A DNA stretch of 64,000 bases from a bacterium (GCA_965233585.1 CBDDTI010000746.1:608001-672000); one strand, 5' to 3'; shown: positions 50,612 to 61,340, counted from the stretch's first letter. A program made the numbers and translations. The notes: generated by a model not told the origin, from the letters alone.

Positions 50612-51363
50612 GAGATAGAAGAAAAGGACTTGAATTTGCTTATATCTATTATGAGAATCCTCAAAATATTCCATATTATGAAATTAATGCTGATATTTTA
50701 GTGATATATCAATCTCCAACAATTTTTGAGTATGGTTATCATAAGTCTTTTTGGACTCTGGAACATGATCTTACCAAAAATAGCGATGATTTATTTCAAT
50801 GTATTGGCAAAAACTGTAGATACAAAATTAATAGGGCAGACAAAAAAGACCATTTAACACTTTCTATCATAGACAACCCAAATTTAGAAAGTATCACAAG
50901 TTTTGTATCATTCTATAATCAATTTGCAGATGATAAAGGAACATCATATTGCGACAATGAAAGTCTAAAGCAACTGCAAAATCACAACATGTTAGCTATT
51001 GCTACTGTTCAAAACTCAGATGATGAAACTTTATGCTCCCATGCTTTAATTACAAACAGATACAAAGTGAGATTATTACATTCTGCATCATTATTTAGAA
51101 GTCAATTTAAAAACGAAACTGCGTTACTTGCAAGAGCAAATCGTTATTTACACTGGAAAGAGCTTTTATTTTTTAAAGAAAAAAATTATCAAATCTATGA
51201 TTTTGGAGGGTATGCTTATAATACAGATGAACCTTCTCTAATAGGTATTAACAATTTTAAGCAAAGTTTTGGAGGAAGATTGGTTGAGCAATATCATCTT
51301 ATGATACCTCTTTCTTGGAAAGGTAAAATAGGATGTTATTATCTTAAAAGTAAATGGAAATAA
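50599..51363 (+). CDS. FemAB/GNAT-like acyl/aminoacyl transferase
   Basis: RYKINRA, NRYLHW, YDFGG, FKQSFGG. Confidence 0.8.
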   Translation: MEILRDRRKGLEFAYIYYENPQNIPYYEINADILVIYQSPTIFEYGYHKSFWTLEHDLTKNSDDLFQCIGKNCRYKINRADKKDHLTLSIIDNPNLESITSFVSFYNQFADDKGTSYCDNESLKQLQNHNMLAIATVQNSDDETLCSHALITNRYKVRLLHSASLFRSQFKNETALLARANRYLHWKELLFFKEKNYQIYDFGGYAYNTDEPSLIGINNFKQSFGGRLVEQYHLMIPLSWKGKIGCYYLKSKWK

Positions 51364-51373
51364 TTTAAAAAAG

Positions 51374-52228
51374 GTGTTTATGTCTATAGAAAAAGTATTA
51401 GAAAATTTGGAATTAAAATCAGATGGAATTTATGACAGCTATTTTCAAAATTCCTTACAAAATGATGAAGTCAAGTTAAGAAAATATGTATCAGGGATGG
51501 AATATTCTAACTATTTAGAAAGATTATCTCATAATCACTCCATAGAGGTTATGGATTATGAAATCTGCTTGTTCTTAAAAGAAGTTCCGCAAAATGGTAT
51601 TATCATTGACATGGGGGGTTGTTGGGGGTGGCATTGGAGAAAAATATGTACACAACGTCCTGATATTAAAGTAGTGATTTTAGATTTTGTTCGGGAAAAT
51701 CTAAACCATGCTCTCAATATACTAGCAAGCATGATCAACAAACAAGTTTTTCTAGTACATGGCGACGGGACACAATTGCCTTTTGACGATCATTTATTTG
51801 ATGCTTATTGGGCGGCTGGTTCAATCCAGTCTATTCCGAATTATATTGAGGCATTAAAGGAGAGCCACCGAGTATTAAAAACAAGTGGTTATTTTTCTAG
51901 TTACTGGTTTAATCTTTCTAAGAAAGCACAAATTATGGCTATTTTAAGAGAAGAGGAATACATGGTAGAAGGTCACATCCCCGGTAAATTTTATTTGACA
52001 CGAGCATCAAAAAAACAAAGAAAAATCATTGCAGAAATTTTCGATGCTCCGGTCAAGCAACGTTATTCTGAAATCTTATTTGATCCTGAAGGAAGATTGA
52101 GAAAGTTTGCTCCTCTTTTTGGAGGAGAAGGGTCAATCATTGGGAAAATTGATGCTAGACTTTCAAATAATTTTGGATTTCTTTCTTGGTTTGCTCAACA
52201 ACGATCCTTTCACGTTAGGAAAAACTAG
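51374..52228 (+). CDS. Class I SAM-dependent methyltransferase
   Basis: IIDMGGCWG, GDGTQLPFDD..FD, E..RVLK.SG. Confidence 0.85.
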   Translation: MFMSIEKVLENLELKSDGIYDSYFQNSLQNDEVKLRKYVSGMEYSNYLERLSHNHSIEVMDYEICLFLKEVPQNGIIIDMGGCWGWHWRKICTQRPDIKVVILDFVRENLNHALNILASMINKQVFLVHGDGTQLPFDDHLFDAYWAAGSIQSIPNYIEALKESHRVLKTSGYFSSYWFNLSKKAQIMAILREEEYMVEGHIPGKFYLTRASKKQRKIIAEIFDAPVKQRYSEILFDPEGRLRKFAPLFGGEGSIIGKIDARLSNNFGFLSWFAQQRSFHVRKN

Positions 52229-52231
52229 CCA

Positions 52232-53098
52232 GTGCCAAAGCAGTCTCCTTTTTTCAGTATCATTATGAATTGCTACAACGGAGAAAAATATCTCCGAGAA
52301 GCAATAGATAGTGTACTGACTCAAACTTTTACTGATTGGGAATTAATTTTTTATGATAACTGCTCAAATGATCAAAGTCTTCAAATAGCGTCTTCATGTC
52401 ACGATGCACGTATCCAAATCATCAATGCTCCTTATCACACAGAATTGGGTTCCGCTAGACGCAATGCCATTAAACATACAAAAGGAAAGTGGTTAGCTTT
52501 TTTAGACGTTGATGATTTATGGACTCCTGAAAAGCTAGAAAAACAATACAGGTTGATTACAGATTCCTCAAACAAAGAAAGATCTCTTGGAATTGTTTAT
52601 GGAAAAGAATATGGGTTTACGGGACAAAATATTGTTAGAATCCATCCCAATTATTTGCCACAAGGTGATGTTCTAAAAGAGTTACTCCAATTCAACTTTA
52701 TCAACTCAACCAATGTTATTGTTTTAAAAGATGCTTACGATGCTGTTGGTGGCTTTCCTACTGGATATTATTCTTCAACTGATTATTTTCTTTCTTGTGC
52801 AGTTGCAAAATACTATCCTGCAGGAAGAATTGATGAAGTCATTTCCAAATATAGAATCCATGAAAACAATACAACTCACAGTGTCTTGCCTCAACAAAAT
52901 CAAGAAATCATTAGTACATTAGAAATGTACCTTGATGAATGCCCAAATATCTGGAAAAAAATAGTAAAACTTAAATTATTTTCAATCAGAGCTTTTTTTA
53001 AAAAAGCATTGATTCAATGGCATATTGGCGATTTAGTTTGGAAACAACTACAAAAATATTTTCGCAAGTTATTTCCTGTAACAGTAGAAGTTAAATAA
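52232..53098 (+). CDS. Glycosyltransferase family 2
   Basis: SIIMNCYNGEKYL, DNCSND, FLDVDD. Confidence 0.93.
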   Translation: MPKQSPFFSIIMNCYNGEKYLREAIDSVLTQTFTDWELIFYDNCSNDQSLQIASSCHDARIQIINAPYHTELGSARRNAIKHTKGKWLAFLDVDDLWTPEKLEKQYRLITDSSNKERSLGIVYGKEYGFTGQNIVRIHPNYLPQGDVLKELLQFNFINSTNVIVLKDAYDAVGGFPTGYYSSTDYFLSCAVAKYYPAGRIDEVISKYRIHENNTTHSVLPQQNQEIISTLEMYLDECPNIWKKIVKLKLFSIRAFFKKALIQWHIGDLVWKQLQKYFRKLFPVTVEVK

Positions 53099-53160
53099 AT
53101 AAAATTGCTAAATACAATGATTTTTAATGAATAAATATAATATTTTTTAATTTCAGAAGC

Positions 53161-54303
53161 ATGAAAATTGTGATGGTTGTTGGACAATTTAGACCTGTGG
53201 TAGGAGGAGCAGAAATTTTTACAGAACGTCTTGCCAAAATTTTTAGCAAAAACCACGAAGTCACTATCATTACAGGAAAGCAACACCGTCATTCTAAAAA
53301 AGAAGCTCCTTTAATTGAAAAGTTCCCTAACTTAACTATTGAAAGATTGAATCCATGGGCTTTTGGAAGGCTAAAAATCTATTTGCTGATGTTAGCAATG
53401 TTCTTCAGAATAAAAGGATTGCTTAAAACTTATGATGTTGTCTACGTTCATCAGGCTTTACAATATGCTTTTGTTGCAACATTAGTAGGAAGAATATGCA
53501 AAAAAAAAGTGATTGTTGTTGTAGCCAGCAGAGGAGAAGGCTTTGATTTAAAAAAGTTATCGCAACAATTTTGGTGGGGAAAGTATGCAGCAAAATATAT
53601 TGCAAAACATGCCGCTTTAGTCGCATCTTCTCAAGATATGATTGAGCAAGATTTTAAAACTTGGTCTGACACTATTCACCAGTCTGCCATCATTTCTAGG
53701 GCTACTCTTACTAAGGAAGAAACAATACAAAATAAGAATACATATCGTCAGAATCATCAACTGTCAGAATCTGATTTTATCTTCATCTGCGTTTCTCGTT
53801 TAAGTTTTCTCAAAAATCACAGTACTCTCATTGAGGCTTTCGCACAAATTTTAAATAATTATCCAAATACCAGACTGATTTTTTTAGGTGATGGAGAAGC
53901 AAGACCTTCTTTAGAAAAACAAATTTTAGATTTAGGAATCAAATCTAAAATTGAGTTAAAAGGAAATGTTCAGAATGTAGATGAATTTTTGTATGCAAGT
54001 GATGCCTTTATTTTAGCATCAGACTATGAAGGAGAGTCTAATGCTTTGCTAGAAGCTATGTCTGCTGGTTTGCCCTGCATCATTTCAGAAGGTGTCAATA
54101 ACGGTTCTATAGTTCACAACAAAAACGGGTTAATTTTTCCCACAAAAAATGTACAAGCATTGTCTAAAGAAATGCAATTTTTAATAGAAAATCCTGACGA
54201 TGCCAAACGTCTCGGGCTTGAGGCAAAAGACCATATCAAAAAACATCACGACCTTGAAAAAATTGCAGAACAATATATCCAGTTATTCCAATCTACCAAA
54301 TAG
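53161..54303 (+). CDS. Glycosyltransferase family 4
   Basis: GGAE, RL...KNH, EGESNALLEAM. Confidence 0.93.
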   Translation: MKIVMVVGQFRPVVGGAEIFTERLAKIFSKNHEVTIITGKQHRHSKKEAPLIEKFPNLTIERLNPWAFGRLKIYLLMLAMFFRIKGLLKTYDVVYVHQALQYAFVATLVGRICKKKVIVVVASRGEGFDLKKLSQQFWWGKYAAKYIAKHAALVASSQDMIEQDFKTWSDTIHQSAIISRATLTKEETIQNKNTYRQNHQLSESDFIFICVSRLSFLKNHSTLIEAFAQILNNYPNTRLIFLGDGEARPSLEKQILDLGIKSKIELKGNVQNVDEFLYASDAFILASDYEGESNALLEAMSAGLPCIISEGVNNGSIVHNKNGLIFPTKNVQALSKEMQFLIENPDDAKRLGLEAKDHIKKHHDLEKIAEQYIQLFQSTK

Positions 54304-54304
54304 G

Positions 54305-55519
54305 CTAAATCAGCCCCTCCATTTCCATAGCCATTTCCAATTTAGAGTTGAGTTTGACTGCCTGTGAGTTCTGAATCCCAGAGATTAAACTTCGCGCACC
54401 GACAAGACGTTGCTTAATTTCTGATAGAGGGTAACGATTCCCTATGTTGCGAATCATAAGGTTGTGAAAAAGATATGAACATTGAGCATATTCCACAGCA
54501 AGTGTGTTCCTTAAATCTGGCGAAATCTTAGCCATCGCCTTAATGGCATGTTTCCAGTAAGTGTAAGCATTTTCAAAACATTGATACGCTTGTTTGGTCA
54601 CTCCGCTACGGTGGTCTCCCGATTTGTAGTGTAGTGCCAAAAACCATATCTCTCCCATGTAAACTCTAGCGTACATCCACGCCCCTAAAGGAGACTCTGG
54701 CAAAGCGTGCATCATCACCTCTGCAATTTTTTGCAAAGGTTTGTGTATCAAAAGTGAGGAACGCATTCGCAACGCTAAAATCAAAAATTTTTCTTCTAGC
54801 ATGCTGGCATCTGATGCCTCTCGTAATTCCTTAGCAAGTGTTGAAAAATCTACTTTCACCGCTTCCTGACCATTTTGTGCATAAGGACGTTTCAAAATAG
54901 AGCGATACCCTTGAATGATGTCCATGTTTGAACGAATGCGTTCCACCTTCAAAAGGGCGTCCTTGCGGTTTTCAGTGTGATGACCGTAAGAAGCAAGTTC
55001 AACATAATGAGACAAACGTTGAATCTCGCCTGACATTTGATATTGAACGTGTTGTAAATAGTTATTTTGTGCGTTAAGAAGGTGTCTAACAGAAGTTGTA
55101 TCAACTTGATTGAGGTGGCATGCAACAGCAATCTGCAACAAAATAGCACGATACACCTCCAAAGGTAGATTTTGATTGGTATGGCTAACAGCAATGGCTA
55201 GCAAAATTCTGGACTCATAGTCTGCGGGGTTGGCTTCAAGTTTAAAAACTAATTTTTTAGTGCTTTGCTGTGGAGCCCAATTCAGCAATTCTTGACCTGT
55301 CAGTTGGGGTGTTTTCTCTGCTTTACCTAAATATTTCAATGCTCGTTGTTTCCAGTCAGGATGGCATGCCATGAGGATTTCTTGCTTCCTCCTTTCTAAT
55401 TCGGAATGCCAGTGAGGAACAGCCCCAGGTAAAATGCCCGGATCAGTGAGTGCAATTTGTGTATGTAGCAGCCCCTTTTTAGGAGAAGTTTGGTCTAGGT
55501 CAGGCTTTTGCTTGAACAT
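54305..55519 (-). CDS. Hypothetical helical protein
   Basis: 404-aa ORF, no recognised motif. Confidence 0.6.
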   Translation of the reverse strand: MFKQKPDLDQTSPKKGLLHTQIALTDPGILPGAVPHWHSELERRKQEILMACHPDWKQRALKYLGKAEKTPQLTGQELLNWAPQQSTKKLVFKLEANPADYESRILLAIAVSHTNQNLPLEVYRAILLQIAVACHLNQVDTTSVRHLLNAQNNYLQHVQYQMSGEIQRLSHYVELASYGHHTENRKDALLKVERIRSNMDIIQGYRSILKRPYAQNGQEAVKVDFSTLAKELREASDASMLEEKFLILALRMRSSLLIHKPLQKIAEVMMHALPESPLGAWMYARVYMGEIWFLALHYKSGDHRSGVTKQAYQCFENAYTYWKHAIKAMAKISPDLRNTLAVEYAQCSYLFHNLMIRNIGNRYPLSEIKQRLVGARSLISGIQNSQAVKLNSKLEMAMEMEGLI

Positions 55520-55604
55520 ACAAATTTTGGAGACGAGTCACAAGAAAATTTTAAAAAAAGGGGTATCCTATCACAAGAATTACAGGTGAGGCAATGAAGT
55601 CCAA

Positions 55605-56735
55605 TTACTCAAGGGCAATCTGAACAGTGATGGCATCAGCCAGTAGCAAACCTTTTGTTGTCAAAACTAAAGCACCCTCCTGCCAGTGGGCATACCCTAA
55701 CTGACACAACTGCTCAATTTTGGGCTGGTAATCATTTTGCCACTTGTTCCAAATCTTTTCAGATGTTTGAGTCATACCAAAGCCTTGCCTCTGTCTCAAT
55801 CCCAAAGCTAATAGCTCGTTGAAACGTTGTTTGTCAGAAAGTTCTTCACAAAATTCAATAGGAAACTTTTTTAAATCTAATTTGGACTGATAGATTTGCA
55901 GCGATCTTGTGTTAGCTTGACGTGTCTTTTTAAAAAAAGAATGCGAACCCAAGCCCAAGCCTAAATAGGGGTGTCCCCTCCAAACTAACAAATTAGCTTG
56001 GCTTTCAAAGCCTTTTTTTGCAAAGTTTGAAACCTCATAATTTTCTATTTGCAACTGTTGCAGAGTATCGGTCGCATCAAGATACATTTGCTCGCAGAGT
56101 GATTCGTGTTCATCAATCCATTGCTTATAATCTTGACGTTTGTCAAAAGCTGTGCGGGGTTCTATGGTCAATCCATACAATGACACATGAGGCGGTTGGA
56201 ACGTTTCAATCATTTTCAAGTCGTGATGCCATTGGTCTCGTGTTTGATTTGGAACTCCAAACATCAAATCCATGCTATAATTCGCTGCCGAAGAAGCAAG
56301 GACTTCCAAACTCTCGTAGGATTGTTTGGCATGATGGCAACGTCCTAACTTCAACAACACATCATCACAAAGGCTTTGAACACCCAAAGAAAAACGATTG
56401 ACTCCCAATTCCCTCAATCCCTTCACATATTCAGGCTGGACATCTTCAGGATTCATTTCAAATGTCACTTCAACATCAGCAGACAGGTCAAAAAACTGGT
56501 TGACTTTTTCTAGCAATCGTTGGACGTGTTTTAAATTAAGGCTTGAAGGGGTACCCCCTCCAATGTAAACTGATAGGTTTTGTCTTACAACTTGACTCCA
56601 TTTGTCTTGATAAAGTTGCATTTCACTTGCTAAAAGATTCAGGTATTTCTCATGTTCAGATTGCCTATTTTTCCGAACTGCAAAACTACAAAATGGACAA
56701 ATTTTTTGACAAAATGGAATATGAATATAAAGCAT
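55605..56735 (-). CDS. hemW: Radical SAM heme chaperone HemW (HemN-like)
   Basis: LYIHIPFCQKICPFCSF, GGGTPS, SLGVQS, YEVSNFA. Confidence 0.9.
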   Translation of the reverse strand: MLYIHIPFCQKICPFCSFAVRKNRQSEHEKYLNLLASEMQLYQDKWSQVVRQNLSVYIGGGTPSSLNLKHVQRLLEKVNQFFDLSADVEVTFEMNPEDVQPEYVKGLRELGVNRFSLGVQSLCDDVLLKLGRCHHAKQSYESLEVLASSAANYSMDLMFGVPNQTRDQWHHDLKMIETFQPPHVSLYGLTIEPRTAFDKRQDYKQWIDEHESLCEQMYLDATDTLQQLQIENYEVSNFAKKGFESQANLLVWRGHPYLGLGLGSHSFFKKTRQANTRSLQIYQSKLDLKKFPIEFCEELSDKQRFNELLALGLRQRQGFGMTQTSEKIWNKWQNDYQPKIEQLCQLGYAHWQEGALVLTTKGLLLADAITVQIALE

Positions 56736-56767
56736 CTTAAATCATCATACTTGAGTTTGAATGTCTT

Positions 56768-57544
56768 ATGTCACATCAGCAAGTTTTAATCATTTCAGGC
56801 GATAGAAATTGGATATTTAGAAAGTCTGTGTTCTTCCGAGCAATCATACTTGCCACGTTCAGTGTACTAGCAGTCATCTTTTTTTTACTTTATTGGTATT
56901 TGCAGTATTACATGCGTTTGAATGAGCAAACTTTAGTGTATCACCAGACTCAACTAGAGAATGCCCAACTGCTTAAGCAGATGCAAGAAATGCAAATTCA
57001 GCATGAAAAACAGCTTGATGACCTAAAATTTCGCTACCATTCTGAAGCACAGAATGTCAGAAAAGTTTCAAGAGTGGTGGAAAGTCTGGCACTCTCTTTG
57101 AAGAAGGAAGATGGACAAGAAACGCTCTTAGACCTCATCAATCGTCTACGTGGGGCGCTTCAAGATTTAGCAATCAGTTCTTACGATGCACCAATCAACA
57201 GCAACTCTTTGATTAGCATCAATCGCTTTCGTGCCATCAATGATGGCAAAAAAACGACAGTGCAATTTCAAATCAAAGCATTTAAACATGACCAAATGCC
57301 TCTCAAACTTGCTGTCATTCCTCTCAGCCAAAATCAACTGAATCTTAACTTGCTAGAAGAACCTCCTGATACTCAATCTATTCAGCTAGAAAAAGACCAT
57401 CTCTTTAAAAAAAGCTTCACTCACCCCCAAACAGACGACTCTTTCGCTGCAATCCGTGTGATTCTTTGGGACCAAAACCAACAAATTTTATTTGAACAAA
57501 ATTACCCTATTCTCAAACGTGATGGAAATTTGATTCCCAATTAA
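56768..57544 (+). CDS. Hypothetical membrane-anchored coiled-coil protein
   Basis: One TM helix, coiled coil, beta-rich C-terminus. Confidence 0.6.
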   Translation: MSHQQVLIISGDRNWIFRKSVFFRAIILATFSVLAVIFFLLYWYLQYYMRLNEQTLVYHQTQLENAQLLKQMQEMQIQHEKQLDDLKFRYHSEAQNVRKVSRVVESLALSLKKEDGQETLLDLINRLRGALQDLAISSYDAPINSNSLISINRFRAINDGKKTTVQFQIKAFKHDQMPLKLAVIPLSQNQLNLNLLEEPPDTQSIQLEKDHLFKKSFTHPQTDDSFAAIRVILWDQNQQILFEQNYPILKRDGNLIPN

Positions 57545-57661
57545 ATTCTGTAATTTTTGATGAATTGGTAACGTTGCATTCTATTTTTTCTCTAAATCTC
57601 CACAAAAGACGACCAACCCAAAGACGATTCTTCATCAAGATTCTTGGTTTTTGAGCAAAAT

Positions 57662-58546
57662 ATGACATTACCGATTTTTGCGGCGTTGGCGGCATCTTTT
57701 TGTTGGGCAATCAGCAGTCTTTTTACAGTAGATATGTCCCGCAAATACGGACCTGTCAACTTCAACAGGATTAGGTTAACTGTGGGCATAATTCCAATTT
57801 TATTGCTCGCCTTACTCTCCAGAAATTGGCAAAATTTAAGCCTTGAAGCCATACTGATTTTGCTAGCCAGTGGTTTCATCGGATTTTACATTGGGGACAG
57901 CTTTTTGTATGAATGTTCCAAACGTTGCGGACCTCGCAAGACGGGGCTATTATTTGCCCTCAATGGTCCAATCGCCATGCTACTCTCATGGGTCTTTTTA
58001 AAGCATCAGCTGTCTTATGGACAACTTGCAGGTGCTTTTTTGGTGATGGCAGGGGTATTTGTTGCTATTCTTTGGGGGAGACCAAAGGGGGTGGAACACG
58101 CTTGGGAAGCCAACTTGTCAAGCATGTCATCAATCGTTTTGGTTGGTCTTGGTGCTGCAGCATTTCAGGCGATTGGCTTGATTATGATTAAGCCAATTAT
58201 GCGACCAGAAACAGATGTCATTGCCTCCACAGGGCTTCGCATCTTGGGCGGTTTAGTCCCCTTATACATTTCTGCACTTTTGAAGAAACGAGCCAATGAG
58301 TCCATTTTTATTCTCAAACGAGACATCTGGTTCAATGGTTGTTTTAACGGAATTTTAGCAATCGTGATAGGAGTCAGTTTGTTAAATTATGCCATGAAAT
58401 ATGGTCACCCAGGATTAGTTGCTGTACTCAGCTCAACCTCCCCTGTCTTTATACTCCCTCTTCTTTGGATCAAAACCCAAGCACGTCCTGCTTTTCTTGC
58501 GTTATTAGGTGCGATTTTAGTTGTTGCTGGGCTTGCAATGATCTAG
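57662..58546 (+). CDS. DMT/EamA family transporter
   Basis: About 10 TM helices with duplicated EamA pattern. Confidence 0.88.
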   Translation: MTLPIFAALAASFCWAISSLFTVDMSRKYGPVNFNRIRLTVGIIPILLLALLSRNWQNLSLEAILILLASGFIGFYIGDSFLYECSKRCGPRKTGLLFALNGPIAMLLSWVFLKHQLSYGQLAGAFLVMAGVFVAILWGRPKGVEHAWEANLSSMSSIVLVGLGAAAFQAIGLIMIKPIMRPETDVIASTGLRILGGLVPLYISALLKKRANESIFILKRDIWFNGCFNGILAIVIGVSLLNYAMKYGHPGLVAVLSSTSPVFILPLLWIKTQARPAFLALLGAILVVAGLAMI

Positions 58547-58620
58547 GTCAAGACCCTTTTGACCTTCAGAAGCATATACTGATTTGCCCATTATGAAAAC
58601 AGGTAGAAGGAAACTCTTGT

Positions 58621-58648
58621 AAAAAAAGAGACATTTGGCTCTTTTTTT
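58621..58648. terminator. Hairpin with A/T tails (bidirectional terminator-like)
   Basis: aaaaaaagag...ctcttttttt. Confidence 0.55.
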
Positions 58649-58665
58649 GCGTATTTAAGGATTCG

Positions 58666-58693
58666 TTGACAATCATAGGTTGTCAGTGATACT
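58666..58693 (+). promoter_or_regulatory. Sigma70-type promoter
   Basis: TTGACA-16 bp-GATACT. Confidence 0.55.
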
Positions 58694-58729
58694 TTTCTTA
58701 TTGGTTGCTTGCCTGAAGAATCCCCAAAT

Positions 58730-59932
58730 ATGAAAACATTTTTGCTCATCGCCCTTTATTTTGTGATTGCTGGTGCAGCAACCACTATCTCTTTGGAACA
58801 TGGTGCAGGGGTCATGGCATTGTTGTTAATTGTGCATCTCTTAGTCTCTTATCTAAAAAAACATAGTGAGTTGATAGAGGAAGAGCCAGAAGGCTTGAGT
58901 TCTGATGTCTTTCAGGCATTTCAAAAAAACCTCAAACAAAATGTCGGTCAAAAAAAAGCTAGGCAATCAAAACAACGTCAATCTGTTCCTAAAAAACCCT
59001 CTGTTCAACCTACTCCCAAAAAAACGCCACAAACTCCCAAAAGGGTAGCCAAAAAAGCCCCACCTAAAGTTGCAAAATCTGTTCAAAAATATAGCAAAGC
59101 GAAGCCTACATCTTTGCAAAATAATCCTTATGCCAAATCAAATGCTACTCCACAAGAACGTGCAGGAACGTTGCTGAAGGAATTGACCCAAATGTCTCCG
59201 CAGGAAAATTCAGACATCTTTGCTGATATGAAAGTGGAACTGCCAAGTGAGTCGCGTGTGATGCCAGATGAACAGCCAAAAAATTGGTTAGATGAAGGCA
59301 TTGGAGAATCGCTCAAAACTGCCTCACGAGAAGAACAACTTGCAGAGGCAGAGGCATTGCTCAAATTTGCTAAACAAACTTTTGATTCTTTCCAGTTCCA
59401 CGAAGCGGAGATGACATTAAAATCTCATTTGATTGCACTTGAAGAGTTAGGAACGCCCCCTTCTTTTGACGCGATGATGCTCAAAGGCAAATTAGAAATT
59501 CAACATGAACAGCCTGAAAATGCCTCTCAAACCTTTCAAAACATGCTCTCTCAAATTGAAAATCATGGGCAAAAATATCAGGACGTTTTAGAAGGCATCA
59601 TTCAACTTTTTGAAAATAAAAATTATTTTTCAGAAACACTACCTTATCTTTATCATCTTTTGCATGATGCACGAAACGGATTAGACCGAATCAAAATGGA
59701 TTTGATTTATGAGAGAATTGAGAAGGCACTGGAGGTGACAGGTGAGCAAGAAAAACTCATGCGAACTTACCAGAACCATTTGGAAATCAAACGTATCTTA
59801 AAAGACAGAGAAGGAGAAAGCCGATTGCTTGATTCACTTGGAACTTATCATTACAAATACGGGAATAAAGAGCTTTCACAAAAGTTTTACGAAGAAAACA
59901 TGCGACTGAAAGTGGTGATGGCTCCATCTTAA
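58730..59932 (+). CDS. Membrane protein with Pro/Lys-rich linker and TPR-like C-terminus
   Basis: Two TM helices, low-complexity linker, LG..Y...G...S..FYE TPR-like end. Confidence 0.65.
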   Translation: MKTFLLIALYFVIAGAATTISLEHGAGVMALLLIVHLLVSYLKKHSELIEEEPEGLSSDVFQAFQKNLKQNVGQKKARQSKQRQSVPKKPSVQPTPKKTPQTPKRVAKKAPPKVAKSVQKYSKAKPTSLQNNPYAKSNATPQERAGTLLKELTQMSPQENSDIFADMKVELPSESRVMPDEQPKNWLDEGIGESLKTASREEQLAEAEALLKFAKQTFDSFQFHEAEMTLKSHLIALEELGTPPSFDAMMLKGKLEIQHEQPENASQTFQNMLSQIENHGQKYQDVLEGIIQLFENKNYFSETLPYLYHLLHDARNGLDRIKMDLIYERIEKALEVTGEQEKLMRTYQNHLEIKRILKDREGESRLLDSLGTYHYKYGNKELSQKFYEENMRLKVVMAPS

Positions 59933-59947
59933 AACGACTCGGGAAAC

Positions 59948-60826
59948 ATGCAAAAAGCGCCTTCGTCAAATCTTTTTCCTCAATTTTCTCTTTTACAACA
60001 GCTTAAACTCAGGGCGCCTTTGATTTGCGATGGCAATTTGTCCACAACATCTGCACATTTAGGGTTTTCTTCAAGCGATGCCTGTTTTCTTGCCTCTTTG
60101 CATGATTGGGAACATGTGCGTCAGCTTCATCAAGAATATATTAAATCTGGTGCGGAAGTCTTGCGTTCCAACACAGAAGGTGCGCATTGCTTTGCGTTGG
60201 AAGAGCTTGGAATTTCAGGCAGAGAAGAGGCGTTGAACAATAGTGCGATGGCACTGCTTCAGGAAACGATAGGTCGGCAACACTTGGCAGTTGGTGCTAT
60301 TTCATCAATCAAAAAGATAGTAGAAGGTGTGGTTTTGAAAAAAGATATTGAGTTTGCCTATGGTCAGCAAGCGATTTATCTTTCTGACACAGGAGCTTGT
60401 TTTTTGGTTCTCAATGGCTTTTGCGACCATCAAGATTTGCAGTCTGCTATCCGTGCAATCCACCGTTCATCACAAAAAGAAATCCTTGCTTATTTTGCCC
60501 CTGACCAAGATGAAAACCCACAGCAAATCCTAAACTATTTAAAAAAATATCTGGAGACCGAACGTGTTTTTGTCGGGTTAGAACTGCGTTGCGATGACCC
60601 ACGTTTTCAAGATTTACTTTTGCAAGCAGTAGAAGAAGTGGGAATCGTGGCATGTATGATTGGGGAAGTAGAGAATTTGGAATATGGAGAAGTTTCCCCA
60701 GCTTTTCAAGAAGCAATCGCTGTTGCATTGCAAGCTGAAGTTTCTATCATTGCTGGCGGACTCCGAACTTCCCCAGAACATGTTCGCATGATTTCAGAAA
60801 CTGCCAAAAAAATGGTTGTTTCATAA
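59948..60826 (+). CDS. Homocysteine S-methyltransferase-fold protein, degenerate
   Basis: DG, V..LH.EYIKSGA, NT.GA, G..TSPEHV; GGCC motif replaced by GGL. Confidence 0.75.
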   Translation: MQKAPSSNLFPQFSLLQQLKLRAPLICDGNLSTTSAHLGFSSSDACFLASLHDWEHVRQLHQEYIKSGAEVLRSNTEGAHCFALEELGISGREEALNNSAMALLQETIGRQHLAVGAISSIKKIVEGVVLKKDIEFAYGQQAIYLSDTGACFLVLNGFCDHQDLQSAIRAIHRSSQKEILAYFAPDQDENPQQILNYLKKYLETERVFVGLELRCDDPRFQDLLLQAVEEVGIVACMIGEVENLEYGEVSPAFQEAIAVALQAEVSIIAGGLRTSPEHVRMISETAKKMVVS

Positions 60827-61286
60827 GAATCACGGCTGTTGCACAAATCCCCTCTTTTCTACCTGTGAAGCCAAGATGGTCTGTTGTCGTTGCCTTGATA
60901 GAAATTTGTTGAGGTGTAGCAGATGGAAAGCATTGCACAATCTCTTGTTGCATTTGTGGTAAAAAGTCTGCAAGTTTAGGCTCTTGAGCGCAGATGGTGG
61001 CATCTAAATTGTTCAATCTAAACCCTCTTTGATGAGCATATTCTGTCACTGTTTTCAGCAACTCTCTGCTGTCAGCCCCCTCATACTTCTTGGTTGCAGG
61101 AAACCACATTCCCAGATCACCCAATGTCAACGCACCAAGTAGTGCATCAGTGATGGCATGGAGCAAAGCATCTCCGTCAGAATGTCCTTTTAGCCCCTTC
61201 TCAAAAGGAATTTTAACGCCTCCCAAAATTAATGGTCTCCCCAAAACCAGTTGGTGTGCATCAAAACCTATTCCAATCCGTTGCAT
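60747..61286 (-). CDS. ispF: 2-C-methyl-D-erythritol 2,4-cyclodiphosphate synthase
   Basis: RIGIGFDAH, GHSDGDALLHA, IKATT..LGFTGR.EGI. Confidence 0.96.
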   Translation of the reverse strand: MQRIGIGFDAHQLVLGRPLILGGVKIPFEKGLKGHSDGDALLHAITDALLGALTLGDLGMWFPATKKYEGADSRELLKTVTEYAHQRGFRLNNLDATICAQEPKLADFLPQMQQEIVQCFPSATPQQISIKATTTDHLGFTGRKEGICATAVILMKQPFFWQFLKSCEHVLGKFGVRQQ

Positions 61287-61340
61287 CTTGTAAGCTAAAA
61301 AGTGTTTTGATTGAGTTTGATTGCAGTGGCATCTTGATTG

